A stretch of DNA of 64,000 bases from a virus (taxonomy: Duplodnaviria; Heunggongvirae; Uroviricota; Caudoviricetes), in the IMG/VR virus record IMGVR_UViG_3300033553_000816; one strand, given 5' to 3'. Positions 26,561-35,269 of the stretch are shown here, in pieces. The first letter of the stretch is position 1, and every line of letters begins with the position of its first letter. The notes under the pieces were generated by a model. That model ran no database searches. It saw only the letters and a program-made list of their open reading frames with translations, and was not told the DNA's origin. A program made the position numbers and the translations under genes.

Positions 26561-27157
26561 ATGGTAAATACATTATACACTCCCGCTGAATTTATAGCTG
26601 AAATAGAAGAGAAAACAGCTGACGGCGATATAGGCCATGAGGACCGCAAAATACTTCTACGAGACTTAAGTGAAATTGTAAGCAACATCAACGACAACCC
26701 GGACCCCGCATGTACCCCTCTGAAAATAAGAAACTACGGCTCTAATTTACTGATGACTAGCAGAAACTATGTAAGAGAGTACTCTATTGTAGGTGGCAGC
26801 ACCACGTTAAGGTATGAAACTTGGTATGATCAAGGTCTGTACCACAGGGGGAATGATAAGCCCGCTAAAATTGCTCGCAATGAGAATGGTGTCATCATAG
26901 AAGAAGAGTACTGGGTTCGAGGTAAATTACATCGTGATGGCGATAAACCAGCTCGGGTTGAATATTACAGCAGCAACAAAAACGTGAAGATGGAGTCGTG
27001 GTTCTTTACTGGTGCCCAACGAAGAGATGGTGACAAGCCTACTACTGTACATTATTATGAGGAAGGTAATATAGAAACCTTAAGATGGAATTACTATCGG
27101 GATGGTAAAAAACCACTCCGTTTAGATTATGACATGAATGGCAAGATCGTATCTTAA
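26561..27157 (+). CDS. Family B MORN-like repeat protein (only plus-strand copy)
   Basis: ATG at 26561 giving MVNTLYTPAEFIAEIEEKTADGDIGHEDRKILLRDLSEIVSNINDN, followed by repeats ...HRGNDKPAKIARNENG...EEEYWVRGKLHRDGDKPARVEYYSSN...RRDGDKPTTVHYYEEG.... Confidence 0.8.
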   Translation: MVNTLYTPAEFIAEIEEKTADGDIGHEDRKILLRDLSEIVSNINDNPDPACTPLKIRNYGSNLLMTSRNYVREYSIVGGSTTLRYETWYDQGLYHRGNDKPAKIARNENGVIIEEEYWVRGKLHRDGDKPARVEYYSSNKNVKMESWFFTGAQRRDGDKPTTVHYYEEGNIETLRWNYYRDGKKPLRLDYDMNGKIVS

Positions 27158-27282
27158 CTTATTTTTAAGACAGTCAGATGCTAAGAATTACTTAAATAAA
27201 TTTACCTTACCCAACGTCGATCTGTTTAAGTAATCTCTGTACGATATTCTTTGTGTATTTCAATACCAGGGATAAATAAACT

Positions 27283-27780
27283 ATGGCCAGGTTCACGGAG
27301 CATATCCTCATGGATGAGGGGGCTAGTTTATCTAACGACGCCCAAGTGTCCGCTATCTCCAGACTGCTTGACCATGCGCAGGTTAGTGGAACCGCTGTTA
27401 TTAAAGGGCTTTCCTGGTTAGAGGGAAGAGCCCATGTTTATGGAACGGCACTGCTTGATGGGGTTATTATGAGCGAGGATGCCACTATTGGGGATGATGC
27501 CTGTGTCACAGGGGGTAACTTTAGCGGTTACTCCCGCGTTTATGGGAACGCAACAACACAAAACGTCAGCGCTAAAGGTAACTCAAGTGTATTCGGTAAC
27601 GCTAGTTTATGTAGCGACTATATTAAAGTTCAGTTAGCTGGTGGCTGTAAATTCGGTGGTCACGCAACTTTTGATGACCTATTAGACATAGATGATTTCA
27701 TTAACAAATACGGCACAGGGAACATTGAGATTATAGGTCGTTCTTTAGTTATCTTAACTGACGTTTGGGACATGGGCTAA
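27283..27780 (+). CDS. Family A beta-helix-repeat protein
   Basis: MARFTEHILMDEGASL...GCKFGGHATFDDLLDIDDFINKYG...LTDVWDMG. Confidence 0.75.
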   Translation: MARFTEHILMDEGASLSNDAQVSAISRLLDHAQVSGTAVIKGLSWLEGRAHVYGTALLDGVIMSEDATIGDDACVTGGNFSGYSRVYGNATTQNVSAKGNSSVFGNASLCSDYIKVQLAGGCKFGGHATFDDLLDIDDFINKYGTGNIEIIGRSLVILTDVWDMG

Positions 27781-27781
27781 G

Positions 27782-28402
27782 ATGGCCAAAATCACGGGCG
27801 AGCACACCCCTAAAACTAACTTGGATATGTGGGCCATTTCACCTAACGCTAACGTTGATGTAGTAACGCGGCAGCATCTTAAAAATAAACAAGTATATAT
27901 TGGAGGTAACAGTCATTTAACTGTTGTTATGATAAATGGTGACGTGGAAATTGACGATGACGCTCGAATAAACGTTTCTTACCTTAACGATAACGTCAGA
28001 GTTAATGAGCAAGCAACTATTCACGGTTCTGTTTTATCGAACAGCTCGTATGTTCATGGTCAGGCAACTTTGTACAGTAGCCGCATCTGTGATTCTTCGG
28101 AAATTTTTGGTAACGCCATATTAAGAGACAGCGTAGTTACGGAAGAGGTTATCATCTACGGTAACGCTGACATAAGAAAAATCACCGTTTCAGGATGTTC
28201 GCATATTTTTGGGAAAGCTAAACTGATAAATATGTTATCCCGGAATTACAGTATAATCTTAGAGGGTAGTTGTAAATTTGGTGGCTGGGCAGACATAAGC
28301 ACTTTGACTACCTTTGAAAGCTTCGTTAAAAAATACGGTAAGGATAACGTTAGAGTAGAAACAAATAAAATTGTGTTAACTAATGTTTGGGATATGGGGT
28401 AA
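27782..28402 (+). CDS. Family A beta-helix-repeat protein
   Basis: MAKITGEHTPKTNL...SCKFGGWADISTLTTFESFVKKYG...LTNVWDMG. Confidence 0.75.
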   Translation: MAKITGEHTPKTNLDMWAISPNANVDVVTRQHLKNKQVYIGGNSHLTVVMINGDVEIDDDARINVSYLNDNVRVNEQATIHGSVLSNSSYVHGQATLYSSRICDSSEIFGNAILRDSVVTEEVIIYGNADIRKITVSGCSHIFGKAKLINMLSRNYSIILEGSCKFGGWADISTLTTFESFVKKYGKDNVRVETNKIVLTNVWDMG

Positions 28403-28450
28403 ACTGACAAAAGGGGCGCGCCCTTACTTCCACGACTGACATGTATTTAC

Positions 28451-28960
28451 TTATTGTTTTATAGGCCGGTAGTAGCTGTCCGGGAGTTTAGGGAAGTTCC
28501 CACCGCGAAGGTTACGTTCCGCGAACATTCTAATAACATCTGAACCCACTCCACGTTGGCCTTGGTTGATACGATTAGCGTCTCTTCTTATCAGCTCATC
28601 TATCTCCACTGGGAAGTCTTCGATACGGAGTTGTACTTTTCCTTTGAATTCTTTCGCTATGTCAACTAGCTGCTGTAGGGAATTTAGATTTAAGTTAGTG
28701 TCATCAACTACAACAGAAAACCCAGCCTTAAGAGCTTCGCGGATTTTCCCATGCTGTATTTTAGTTATGTTATCTTCCATTCGGGAAGCTTTGTCGCCAG
28801 TTCCAAACCAGTATGAGCCGTATGTTTCATATCGAAGGTTGTCTCTGTTGACTCGGGTTCGAGTTAAAGAGCTCTCAGATAGCCATTTCTTCGCCCAGGT
28901 GCTCTTACCGGACGCTGGAAGACCCCTAGTTAATACAAGAGTTTGTTGTTCGTTATTCAT
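28451..28960 (-). CDS. Polynucleotide 5'-kinase-like P-loop kinase (T4 Pnk kinase domain only, no phosphatase domain)
   Basis: LTRGLPASGKSTWAKKW (Walker A), NRDNLR, SVVVDDTNLN and RINQGQRGVGSDVIRMF match the T4 PseT/Pnk N-terminal kinase domain pattern (G.PGSGKSTWA; NRD..R; ISDTNLN; R.TKAVP.DVLR.M). Confidence 0.7.
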   Translation of the reverse strand: MNNEQQTLVLTRGLPASGKSTWAKKWLSESSLTRTRVNRDNLRYETYGSYWFGTGDKASRMEDNITKIQHGKIREALKAGFSVVVDDTNLNLNSLQQLVDIAKEFKGKVQLRIEDFPVEIDELIRRDANRINQGQRGVGSDVIRMFAERNLRGGNFPKLPDSYYRPIKQ

Positions 28961-29049
28961 ATTGCGTTACCTCACCGAGTTGTTTCCTACATGTTATATA
29001 AGTAATCCTAGCGGTTTCTATTTTTTTATGATACATTTAATCAGAAGAT

Positions 29050-29556
29050 ATGAGGTTTTATATGACATCGCCCGCAGGTAACCTTTTCCAAGACCGGTCT
29101 TATGCTGCGCCTGGAACTGAGATCTTCAACACCCAACTGTTCGTAGATGCACTTGTTAAAGACACGGCGAGCGTTTTTCGAAGTGAACTTTTCGGCGCTT
29201 GTGAAATTTCAGGTCATGCGCGGGTTGAGAATTCTTTCATCTCCGGTATAGCTAAAATCAAAGATGACGCTGAGATTTATGGTTGCGAAGTGGCTGAATG
29301 TGCCAAAATTTATGGTCAAGCTAAAGTCCGCGATATTAACGTTTCCGATAAAGTACATATTTTTGGAAGAGCTAAACTCTTCAACCGTTTACAGAAGAGC
29401 GCTATTTTCCTTAAAGGGGAATGTAAGTTCGGCGGGACCGTTAATTTCGATAATTTGTTAACCACTGAGGATTTTGTTGATAAATATGGAGCGGACAAAG
29501 CTATTTTAACTGCCGGGGGTATTGCCCTAACTGATGTTTGGGATATGGGAATTTGA
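29050..29556 (+). CDS. Family A beta-helix-repeat protein
   Basis: ECKFGGTVNFDNLLTTEDFVDKYG...LTDVWDMGI. An alternative start at ATG 29062 (MTSPAGN) is preceded by GAGGT. Confidence 0.75.
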   Translation: MRFYMTSPAGNLFQDRSYAAPGTEIFNTQLFVDALVKDTASVFRSELFGACEISGHARVENSFISGIAKIKDDAEIYGCEVAECAKIYGQAKVRDINVSDKVHIFGRAKLFNRLQKSAIFLKGECKFGGTVNFDNLLTTEDFVDKYGADKAILTAGGIALTDVWDMGI

Positions 29557-29570
29557 GGAGGGTTTAAATT

Positions 29571-30080
29571 ATGACAATATCTGATAGCGTAGAGATGGAC
29601 GGGATAAGTAGATGTGATGAAACGGCAACTGTTGATGGTAACGTTATTGTTGAAGCTAGCGATATCTTAGATAACGCACATGTTTATGGCAACGCTAAAC
29701 TCTCCGGTGCGTCCGTTAAAGGTAACGCACATGTTTGTGGGAATACTATTTTCACGTCAAGTAGAGCTGAAGATGACGCTCGCGTTTACGGCAACACAAA
29801 ATTAGTTGGTGTCGCAGTTTTAGAGAACGCACAAGTTTATGAAAACGCTGATTTGGTATCAATCATTATTGAAGGTAACTCACGGGTTTTCGGTAACGCA
29901 AAGTTAGAGAGTAAAAGTAGTAGTTTAATTATCGCGCTTAAAGGTTCCTGTAAGTTCGGCGGCACAGCCAGTTTCGACGGGTTGGACACGTATGATGATT
30001 TTGTTAATAAGTATGGGGAAGAGAACGTCCAAGAACGCTTCCGTGGCTTGAATCTGATTGACGTGTGGGATATGGGTTAA
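29571..30080 (+). CDS. Family A beta-helix-repeat protein
   Basis: MTISDSVEMD...SCKFGGTASFDGLDTYDDFVNKYG...LIDVWDMG. Confidence 0.8.
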   Translation: MTISDSVEMDGISRCDETATVDGNVIVEASDILDNAHVYGNAKLSGASVKGNAHVCGNTIFTSSRAEDDARVYGNTKLVGVAVLENAQVYENADLVSIIIEGNSRVFGNAKLESKSSSLIIALKGSCKFGGTASFDGLDTYDDFVNKYGEENVQERFRGLNLIDVWDMG

Positions 30081-30211
30081 TTGTACCGATAATATAGCAT
30101 ATGGGAAGTAATTATGAGAAAGTTACTTAACCACTACAACCTTTTTGGCTTCTCAGGTGTCTAACACTATGAAGGTAAAAATATCTCAATCAATAAAGTA
30201 GGTAATATATA

Positions 30212-30811
30212 ATGAATTTCTCTGATGGACTCAAGAACTTATCAAACAATGTAGCTGATGACTACTCAGCCAATGCGCCAGATAACTCCGCTAAACTTAT
30301 TAGTAAAGCACGTAGGAACCGCACAGTTTGGGGCTCCAAATTAGGGGCTGCCACTATAGCGGGAGTTGCTACATTAGCTTTCGGTGGACCGGCAATGGCG
30401 GCGGTTATTACGGGTGACACCCCGGCTGACACAGTAGTGGCGGCTACGACTACTACTAGCGAAGCGCCAGCTTCTTCTGACGCGGCTTCAACTGACCCGA
30501 CGAGCGAAGCACCAGCGGCAACAACTGAAACTCCAGACCCGACCACTCAGGCTCCTGTTCCAGCTGCTGACATCCCAGAGGCAACAACCGAAGCTCCGGC
30601 ACGTGTAGTACCGGCAACCCCAGCAACCCCAGCAAACCCAGCGGTACCTAACAGCGCAGGTGTTATTGACCTGACAGGTGGCGTCATAGGGGGTACCTAC
30701 GATGACGATGATGATGAGTACGAAGATCATGAAGACGCATATGACGACGATGATGAGTACGAAGATCATGAAGAAGACGAGTACGAAGATCATGACGAGT
30801 ACGACGACTAA
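30212..30811 (+). CDS. Low-complexity membrane-anchored protein: TM helix, Thr/Pro/Ala-rich linker, acidic C-terminal repeats
   Basis: WGSKLGAATIAGVATLAFGGPAMAAVI (TM), then TTTTSEAPASS...PATPATPANPAVP, then tandem YDDDDDEYEDHEDA / YDDDDEYEDHEEDEYEDHDEYDD at about 30700-30808. Confidence 0.5.
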   Translation: MNFSDGLKNLSNNVADDYSANAPDNSAKLISKARRNRTVWGSKLGAATIAGVATLAFGGPAMAAVITGDTPADTVVAATTTTSEAPASSDAASTDPTSEAPAATTETPDPTTQAPVPAADIPEATTEAPARVVPATPATPANPAVPNSAGVIDLTGGVIGGTYDDDDDEYEDHEDAYDDDDEYEDHEEDEYEDHDEYDD

Positions 30812-30884
30812 AATACAAATAAGCCCTCAGCTGTTATGCTATAGTTGTTTTTATCAAAAGACAACTAAGAACGGTTTTTAGCTT

Positions 30885-31289
30885 ATGAATAATTTAACTG
30901 CTTGTGTTAATTCCTTTACAGTTGGTCGCTCACCAGAGCCTATCCAAATTTTCGTTGTTGACTCTGACGGGGGTAATATCGAAGAGCTTTTAGGGTGGTG
31001 CGAAGGAACTTTGAGTGCCATTAGTATCGTCCCAGGTGGCAAACCTGGTTCTCGTGTATATGGTCCGGATATAAGTGTCTACTATCACGATCCTAGCCAT
31101 GAACGACGGGTTAAAAAAGTAGTTGGCCTATCAGCAGGCCCGCGAGGTAAAGACTGGTATTCGTTCCAGAAGGACTTCGGCGCAGAACCAACTGCTGTCC
31201 TAGTTAAAAGAGTGAACCGTAAAGAGAACACGGCTTCAGTCATCCCGGAGTACGTATCTGATTTACGTAGACAAGGCTATGATCTTTAG
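30885..31289 (+). CDS. Hypothetical protein
   Basis: 134-aa ORF with an ordinary amino-acid composition. Confidence 0.45.
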   Translation: MNNLTACVNSFTVGRSPEPIQIFVVDSDGGNIEELLGWCEGTLSAISIVPGGKPGSRVYGPDISVYYHDPSHERRVKKVVGLSAGPRGKDWYSFQKDFGAEPTAVLVKRVNRKENTASVIPEYVSDLRRQGYDL

Positions 31290-31435
31290 TAGTCACATTT
31301 GTGTGTCTTTTATATGAATTTGGCACAAAGTAACATCTGCGTGACTCTTGAAGCCTCTTTTGCCTCGCAGTTTAGTTGAAAATGAGTTCAAAGTATGCTA
31401 AGATAATTTCAAAATCCTAACAGAAAGATTAAAAT

Positions 31436-32572
31436 ATGCAATTCAGTATTGGGTTAACCCTACTTGTTCTCGCGGTTATTATCGCGATCCCGTCCTTCAT
31501 TGTTATGCGCAAGTCAGCTAAAGACTTAATGACCGCTACGGTTGAAGAGGCCAAGTTGTCCGAAGAGACTGCGCGTATTGAGGATGAACGCAACTCTCGT
31601 CAACGCAACTCTCGTGATAGCTATTCCAGTTATTCTACCTCTAACCCTAGTTCAAGTTCTTCGAAGAAGCGTAACTCGCCTACTACTATCCTAACTAACA
31701 CGCTGAAGGCTGCTAAGTTCGGCCTTCTGACAAGTGCCGCGCTCGGTTTTCTTAGTTTAGTTTTCATTCTCCCGGCGATGTTCTACACTCAGGATGTGGG
31801 AGAATCTAAGGTTCAGGTTTCGTGGACTGGTGACCTTATTGGTCAGACCACAGAGACGGGTCTTCACTTCAAAGCTCCTTGGGTTAATGTAAAGACGTTC
31901 GACATTCGTAACAACCTGGTCGCTTATGTCGCTGATGGAACTACTAACTATTCGGGTAATAAGACAACTGGACCGCAGGTTACTTTCCAGGACCGCGAGG
32001 GTGTGACTGGCAACATGGATATTACTTTGCGTTATTCGCTGGCACCTGACAGTGTTCTTGCTATTTACTCGGACTTCCGAACTCAGGATGCGTTTGTCAC
32101 TCGCGTTATCTCAGAGGGTATTCGCGCTGAAGCGCGTCTAGCTCCGTCCACTAAGAACACCATTGAGGTTTATAACGACCGTCAGGGTGTAGCGCAGGAC
32201 ATTTGGAATGGTCTTGAAACCCGATGGGGGGACCTTGGTATTATTATTGAGGATGTTGCTGTTCAGGAAATCCGTTACTCCCCTGAGGTTATTTCACGGT
32301 TCGATGACGCCCAGTCTGCCCGTATCGCTATTGATAAGGCTGAGGCTGACAAGGAAGCCGCTCTAGTTCAAGCAGACACAGCTGTCATCCAGGCTCAAGG
32401 CCGGGCTGACGCTCAGGTTGTTGAAGCGCAGGGGCAAGCAGAATCTAACGACATCCTCACGCAGAGCTTGTCAGAGGAAATTCTAACTCAGCGTTACATT
32501 GATGCGCTACAGACAGGCACAGTGTTTGTTGTTCCTGAGGGTTCAACCCCGTTCATCACAGCAAACAAGTAA
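31436..32572 (+). CDS. SPFH/band-7 (stomatin/prohibitin/HflK/C-like) membrane protein
   Basis: N-terminal TM helix (LTLLVLAVIIAIPSFIV), Ser-rich linker, then an SPFH-like core (VQVSWTGDLIGQTTETGLHFKAPW...ITLRYSL...VISEGIRAEARLA...IIIEDVAVQEIRYSPEV...AIDKAEADKEAALVQADTAVIQAQGRADAQ). Confidence 0.6.
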   Translation: MQFSIGLTLLVLAVIIAIPSFIVMRKSAKDLMTATVEEAKLSEETARIEDERNSRQRNSRDSYSSYSTSNPSSSSSKKRNSPTTILTNTLKAAKFGLLTSAALGFLSLVFILPAMFYTQDVGESKVQVSWTGDLIGQTTETGLHFKAPWVNVKTFDIRNNLVAYVADGTTNYSGNKTTGPQVTFQDREGVTGNMDITLRYSLAPDSVLAIYSDFRTQDAFVTRVISEGIRAEARLAPSTKNTIEVYNDRQGVAQDIWNGLETRWGDLGIIIEDVAVQEIRYSPEVISRFDDAQSARIAIDKAEADKEAALVQADTAVIQAQGRADAQVVEAQGQAESNDILTQSLSEEILTQRYIDALQTGTVFVVPEGSTPFITANK

Positions 32573-32687
32573 TAATGTTTTAAGGGCAGTAGCCCCTGGC
32601 TGGTTCATTCTAGCTGGGGGCTACTGCTTTGATATGAACATCTAACAAATATGCTACAATAAAAGCACCTAAGGAAAGGACATAGCA

Positions 32688-33032
32688 ATGGAGACACTCG
32701 CTGTAGCTCCACTTTTCCTGCTTATATTAGCTCATTACGTAGCTGATTTCGGGCTTCAAACAGAGTTCATGGCAACCATGAAAGGTAAAGTACACACCGA
32801 CCCTCATGGTATTCATTCTCTACTGGGGCATTCCGCTATACATGGCGCTATGACCGTTGCTGCTTTAACAGTAGTTGGACTACCGTGGTTCATTCCTGCT
32901 TTACTTATTATCCTCGCCCACGGAACCATTGATTATTTCAAAAGTAACCACAACTCTTTCGGGGTCCACGTGGACCAAGCCCTCCATATGACTAGTATTG
33001 TAATGGTGTGGATGGTGGCCTTGAATTTGTAA
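32688..33032 (+). CDS. Small His-rich polytopic membrane protein (possibly DUF3307-like)
   Basis: 114 aa with 3-4 hydrophobic helices and conserved-looking HYVADFGLQ ... LAHGTIDY ... DQALH motifs. Confidence 0.45.
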   Translation: METLAVAPLFLLILAHYVADFGLQTEFMATMKGKVHTDPHGIHSLLGHSAIHGAMTVAALTVVGLPWFIPALLIILAHGTIDYFKSNHNSFGVHVDQALHMTSIVMVWMVALNL

Positions 33033-33129
33033 ACTTAGCATCACAATAGCTCGTTTTGTAGCTATTTAGATGTGAGTTTATTAGAACCGATATGTATCTC
33101 AGAAAATAAAAATCATTAATCACTTAATT

Positions 33130-33545
33130 GTGTAGCAACTTATTCCGATATTCGTAGTATAAAATGAAAATAGTATGATAGGATACTAATGAGATTAAGT
33201 GAATACGCCACCAAACATGGTATACAGTACCGTACAGCGTGGAACCCTGCCTACACCTCACAAGAATGTAGCAAGTGCGGCTGGTTATCCGAAACAAACC
33301 GCAAAACACAAACAAATTTCCAATGCACAAAATGTGCTTGGACTGGTCACGCGGACGTTAACGCGGCACGAAACATTTTGGGACGTTCCCAGAATGGTGC
33401 CGCATGGTTATATGTTAAACGTGATATTATCCGCGAGCGCCTGCTCGTGCGATACTCTGAGAAAAACACTCAGAGAACGCCTTCAACAGTAAGGCTAGCT
33501 GATACTCCCCGCTCACGCGGGAAAGTAGCCAGCTTAACTTAATTC
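33130..33545 (+). mobile_element. Miniature internally deleted IS607-family element (left end + right end only)
   Basis: 33130-33245 is about 85% identical to the left end and tnpA 5' region of the IS607-like element at 62929-63045 (GTGTAGCAACTTA...GATAGGATAC.AATGAGATTAAGTGAATACGCC). The embedded ORF fuses the first 19 TnpA codons to the last ~98 TnpB codons. Confidence 0.65.
33189..33542 (+). pseudogene. tnpA(N-terminus 19 aa)::tnpB(C-terminal Zn-finger/RuvC-III) fusion remnant
   Basis: MRLSEYATKHGIQYRTAWN, identical to the start of TnpA 62988. It joins to PAYTSQECSKCGWLSETNRKTQTNFQCTKCAWTGHADVNAARNILGRSQ, the TnpB C-terminal signature. Confidence 0.7.
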
Positions 33546-33555
33546 ATGAAATACC

Positions 33556-33834
33556 ATGAAAAAGGATACTGTTATGATGAGGATATTACCGGAGGTATTG
33601 AATAAAATGACAGAACTTAGATTAGTAGCTGAAAGCGAAGAATATGAGATGGTTCATAATCTTCAGGAGTTAGAGCAATTAAATCCTAACACCCCTTTAC
33701 TTACGGCGGCGGATGGCCTTTGCCACGCAGCAGATATTACTTATGACTTACGTAGGTCTGCAGACACTTTCAACCTGAATGTCTTTCCAGCTACTATTTT
33801 AGTTAAAAAGATCAGAGAAACACCGTCTAACTGA
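33556..33834 (+). CDS. Hypothetical protein
   Basis: 92-aa ORF. The start may be the internal MMRILPEV. Confidence 0.35.
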   Translation: MKKDTVMMRILPEVLNKMTELRLVAESEEYEMVHNLQELEQLNPNTPLLTAADGLCHAADITYDLRRSADTFNLNVFPATILVKKIRETPSN

Positions 33835-33856
33835 AAAGGATGAGGAGCCCCCGTTT

Positions 33857-34195
33857 ATGTCCTCTAATCATCATGATGCAGATGAGCTTTACAGTTACCG
33901 TATGGCTTATCATCTACATGCTATTCAGCTATGGGTTAATTCCGGGTTTCCTGTAGTTAAATCTTTAAGACACTCTGATGGTGAGTTATGTTTCGGCGGG
34001 GATGTCTTTATTGTTTCAGCTGAACTCCCCACCGGGCAGGTAACTAATCACTACAAATTAAAGCACTGGGATATGTTTAGTGTCCCGGAAGTGGAATTAG
34101 CTCCTGAATATGATGGGCATACACCACAAGTTGCACTTAAAAGGTTACTCGATGCGGCTGATAGTTTCAGCACAACACAAAATATGGGAGAATGA
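33857..34195 (+). CDS. Hypothetical protein
   Basis: 112-aa ORF with an RBS-like GGATGAGGAG upstream. Confidence 0.4.
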   Translation: MSSNHHDADELYSYRMAYHLHAIQLWVNSGFPVVKSLRHSDGELCFGGDVFIVSAELPTGQVTNHYKLKHWDMFSVPEVELAPEYDGHTPQVALKRLLDAADSFSTTQNMGE

Positions 34196-34197
34196 AA

Positions 34198-34568
34198 TGG
34201 GTATCAACGACGAACTAAGAGAACTATGTGACCGACCTTTCCTTGACTTAACGAACCCTCTTTCCCGAGAGGACATGCTACGCATGGAAGGCGCTTCCCT
34301 TTTAGCTGATGAGGTAAGGGAAATACTCGATAAAGCAGTTGCAAAGCAAACTGTGGAAACTAAAGAGGAGTTAGATGCCTTGCCTCTTTGGACAATGATA
34401 GTGGATGATGATAATGATTTCATGGAGAAAGTCCAAAAAGTACAAAGACGCCGAGGGTTAGAGCCTCTCATAAGCGAACCGTTCTGGTCTTATGTTCGAG
34501 CTGATGAAACACACAAAGGGCCTGTGCTCCTACCAGCAAGAGTAGTTGCTTTAGGCGATGCTCGCTAA
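34198..34568 (+). CDS. Hypothetical protein
   Basis: ATG at 34198 giving MGINDELRELCDRPF.... Its start overlaps the upstream stop (ATGAAATGG). The track starts at 34110. Confidence 0.4.
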
Positions 34569-34651
34569 AATATAAACTAAAAAGCCAGCGGAACCTAAAT
34601 TCTTACTGATAGATAAAATATTACATTCAAAATGTTTATACGGGGTAGATA

Positions 34652-35263
34652 ATGGTTTACATTTCTGAGACGGCTTCTGTTGATACTTTCTCTACCCTAG
34701 AAGGAAAAGTAAAAGTTCTCGGTAAAGCTAAAATTATAAGCTCTATCTTAGAGGGGAACGTTCGCGTGACCCAGAATGCTTCAGTGAGAAGATCTAGCTT
34801 AACGGGTTCTTCTGTCGTGTCGGGTAACGCTAAAGTTGTTTCATCAGGCATCCACCATGAAGCTCAGGTTTCAGGTGACGCTGTTCTTGAAAGATCTTTT
34901 GTGGACGATAAAACTGTTGTTAAAGATAACGCCGTGGTCGCAGATTCTAATGTTGGAGAAGAAGCTCAGGTAAGAGGTCGAGCTAAAATTATGGACAGTA
35001 AAGTAGGTGGGATGGCGGACATATATGAAAACGCTGAGGTTACCGGAATTAATGTTCACGGGAAATCAAATATTTACGGTAATGCTCGTTTAATTTCCCC
35101 TTTAGCTTTTAAAATTATTTTAGCTGGGAGCTGTAAGTTCAGCGGGAAAGCGAACTTTGATGGTTTAACAACGCTTGAGGATTTTGTTGGTAAATACGGG
35201 GCAGATAAAGTTGATATGTACGATCATGTTATGACAATCACTGACGTTTGGGACATGGGGTAA
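34652..35263 (+). CDS. Family A beta-helix-repeat protein
   Basis: MVYISETASV...SCKFSGKANFDGLTTLEDFVGKYG...ITDVWDMG. Confidence 0.8.
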   Translation: MVYISETASVDTFSTLEGKVKVLGKAKIISSILEGNVRVTQNASVRRSSLTGSSVVSGNAKVVSSGIHHEAQVSGDAVLERSFVDDKTVVKDNAVVADSNVGEEAQVRGRAKIMDSKVGGMADIYENAEVTGINVHGKSNIYGNARLISPLAFKIILAGSCKFSGKANFDGLTTLEDFVGKYGADKVDMYDHVMTITDVWDMG

Positions 35264-35269
35264 GGGAAT

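Noticed and set aside
27187-27236. Inverted repeat ATTACTTAAATA ... GTTTAAGTAATC upstream of 27283
   Set aside because: The arms are 12 bp but separated by about 26 nt and are AT-rich. This could be an operator or a coincidence, and the support is not enough to call a feature.
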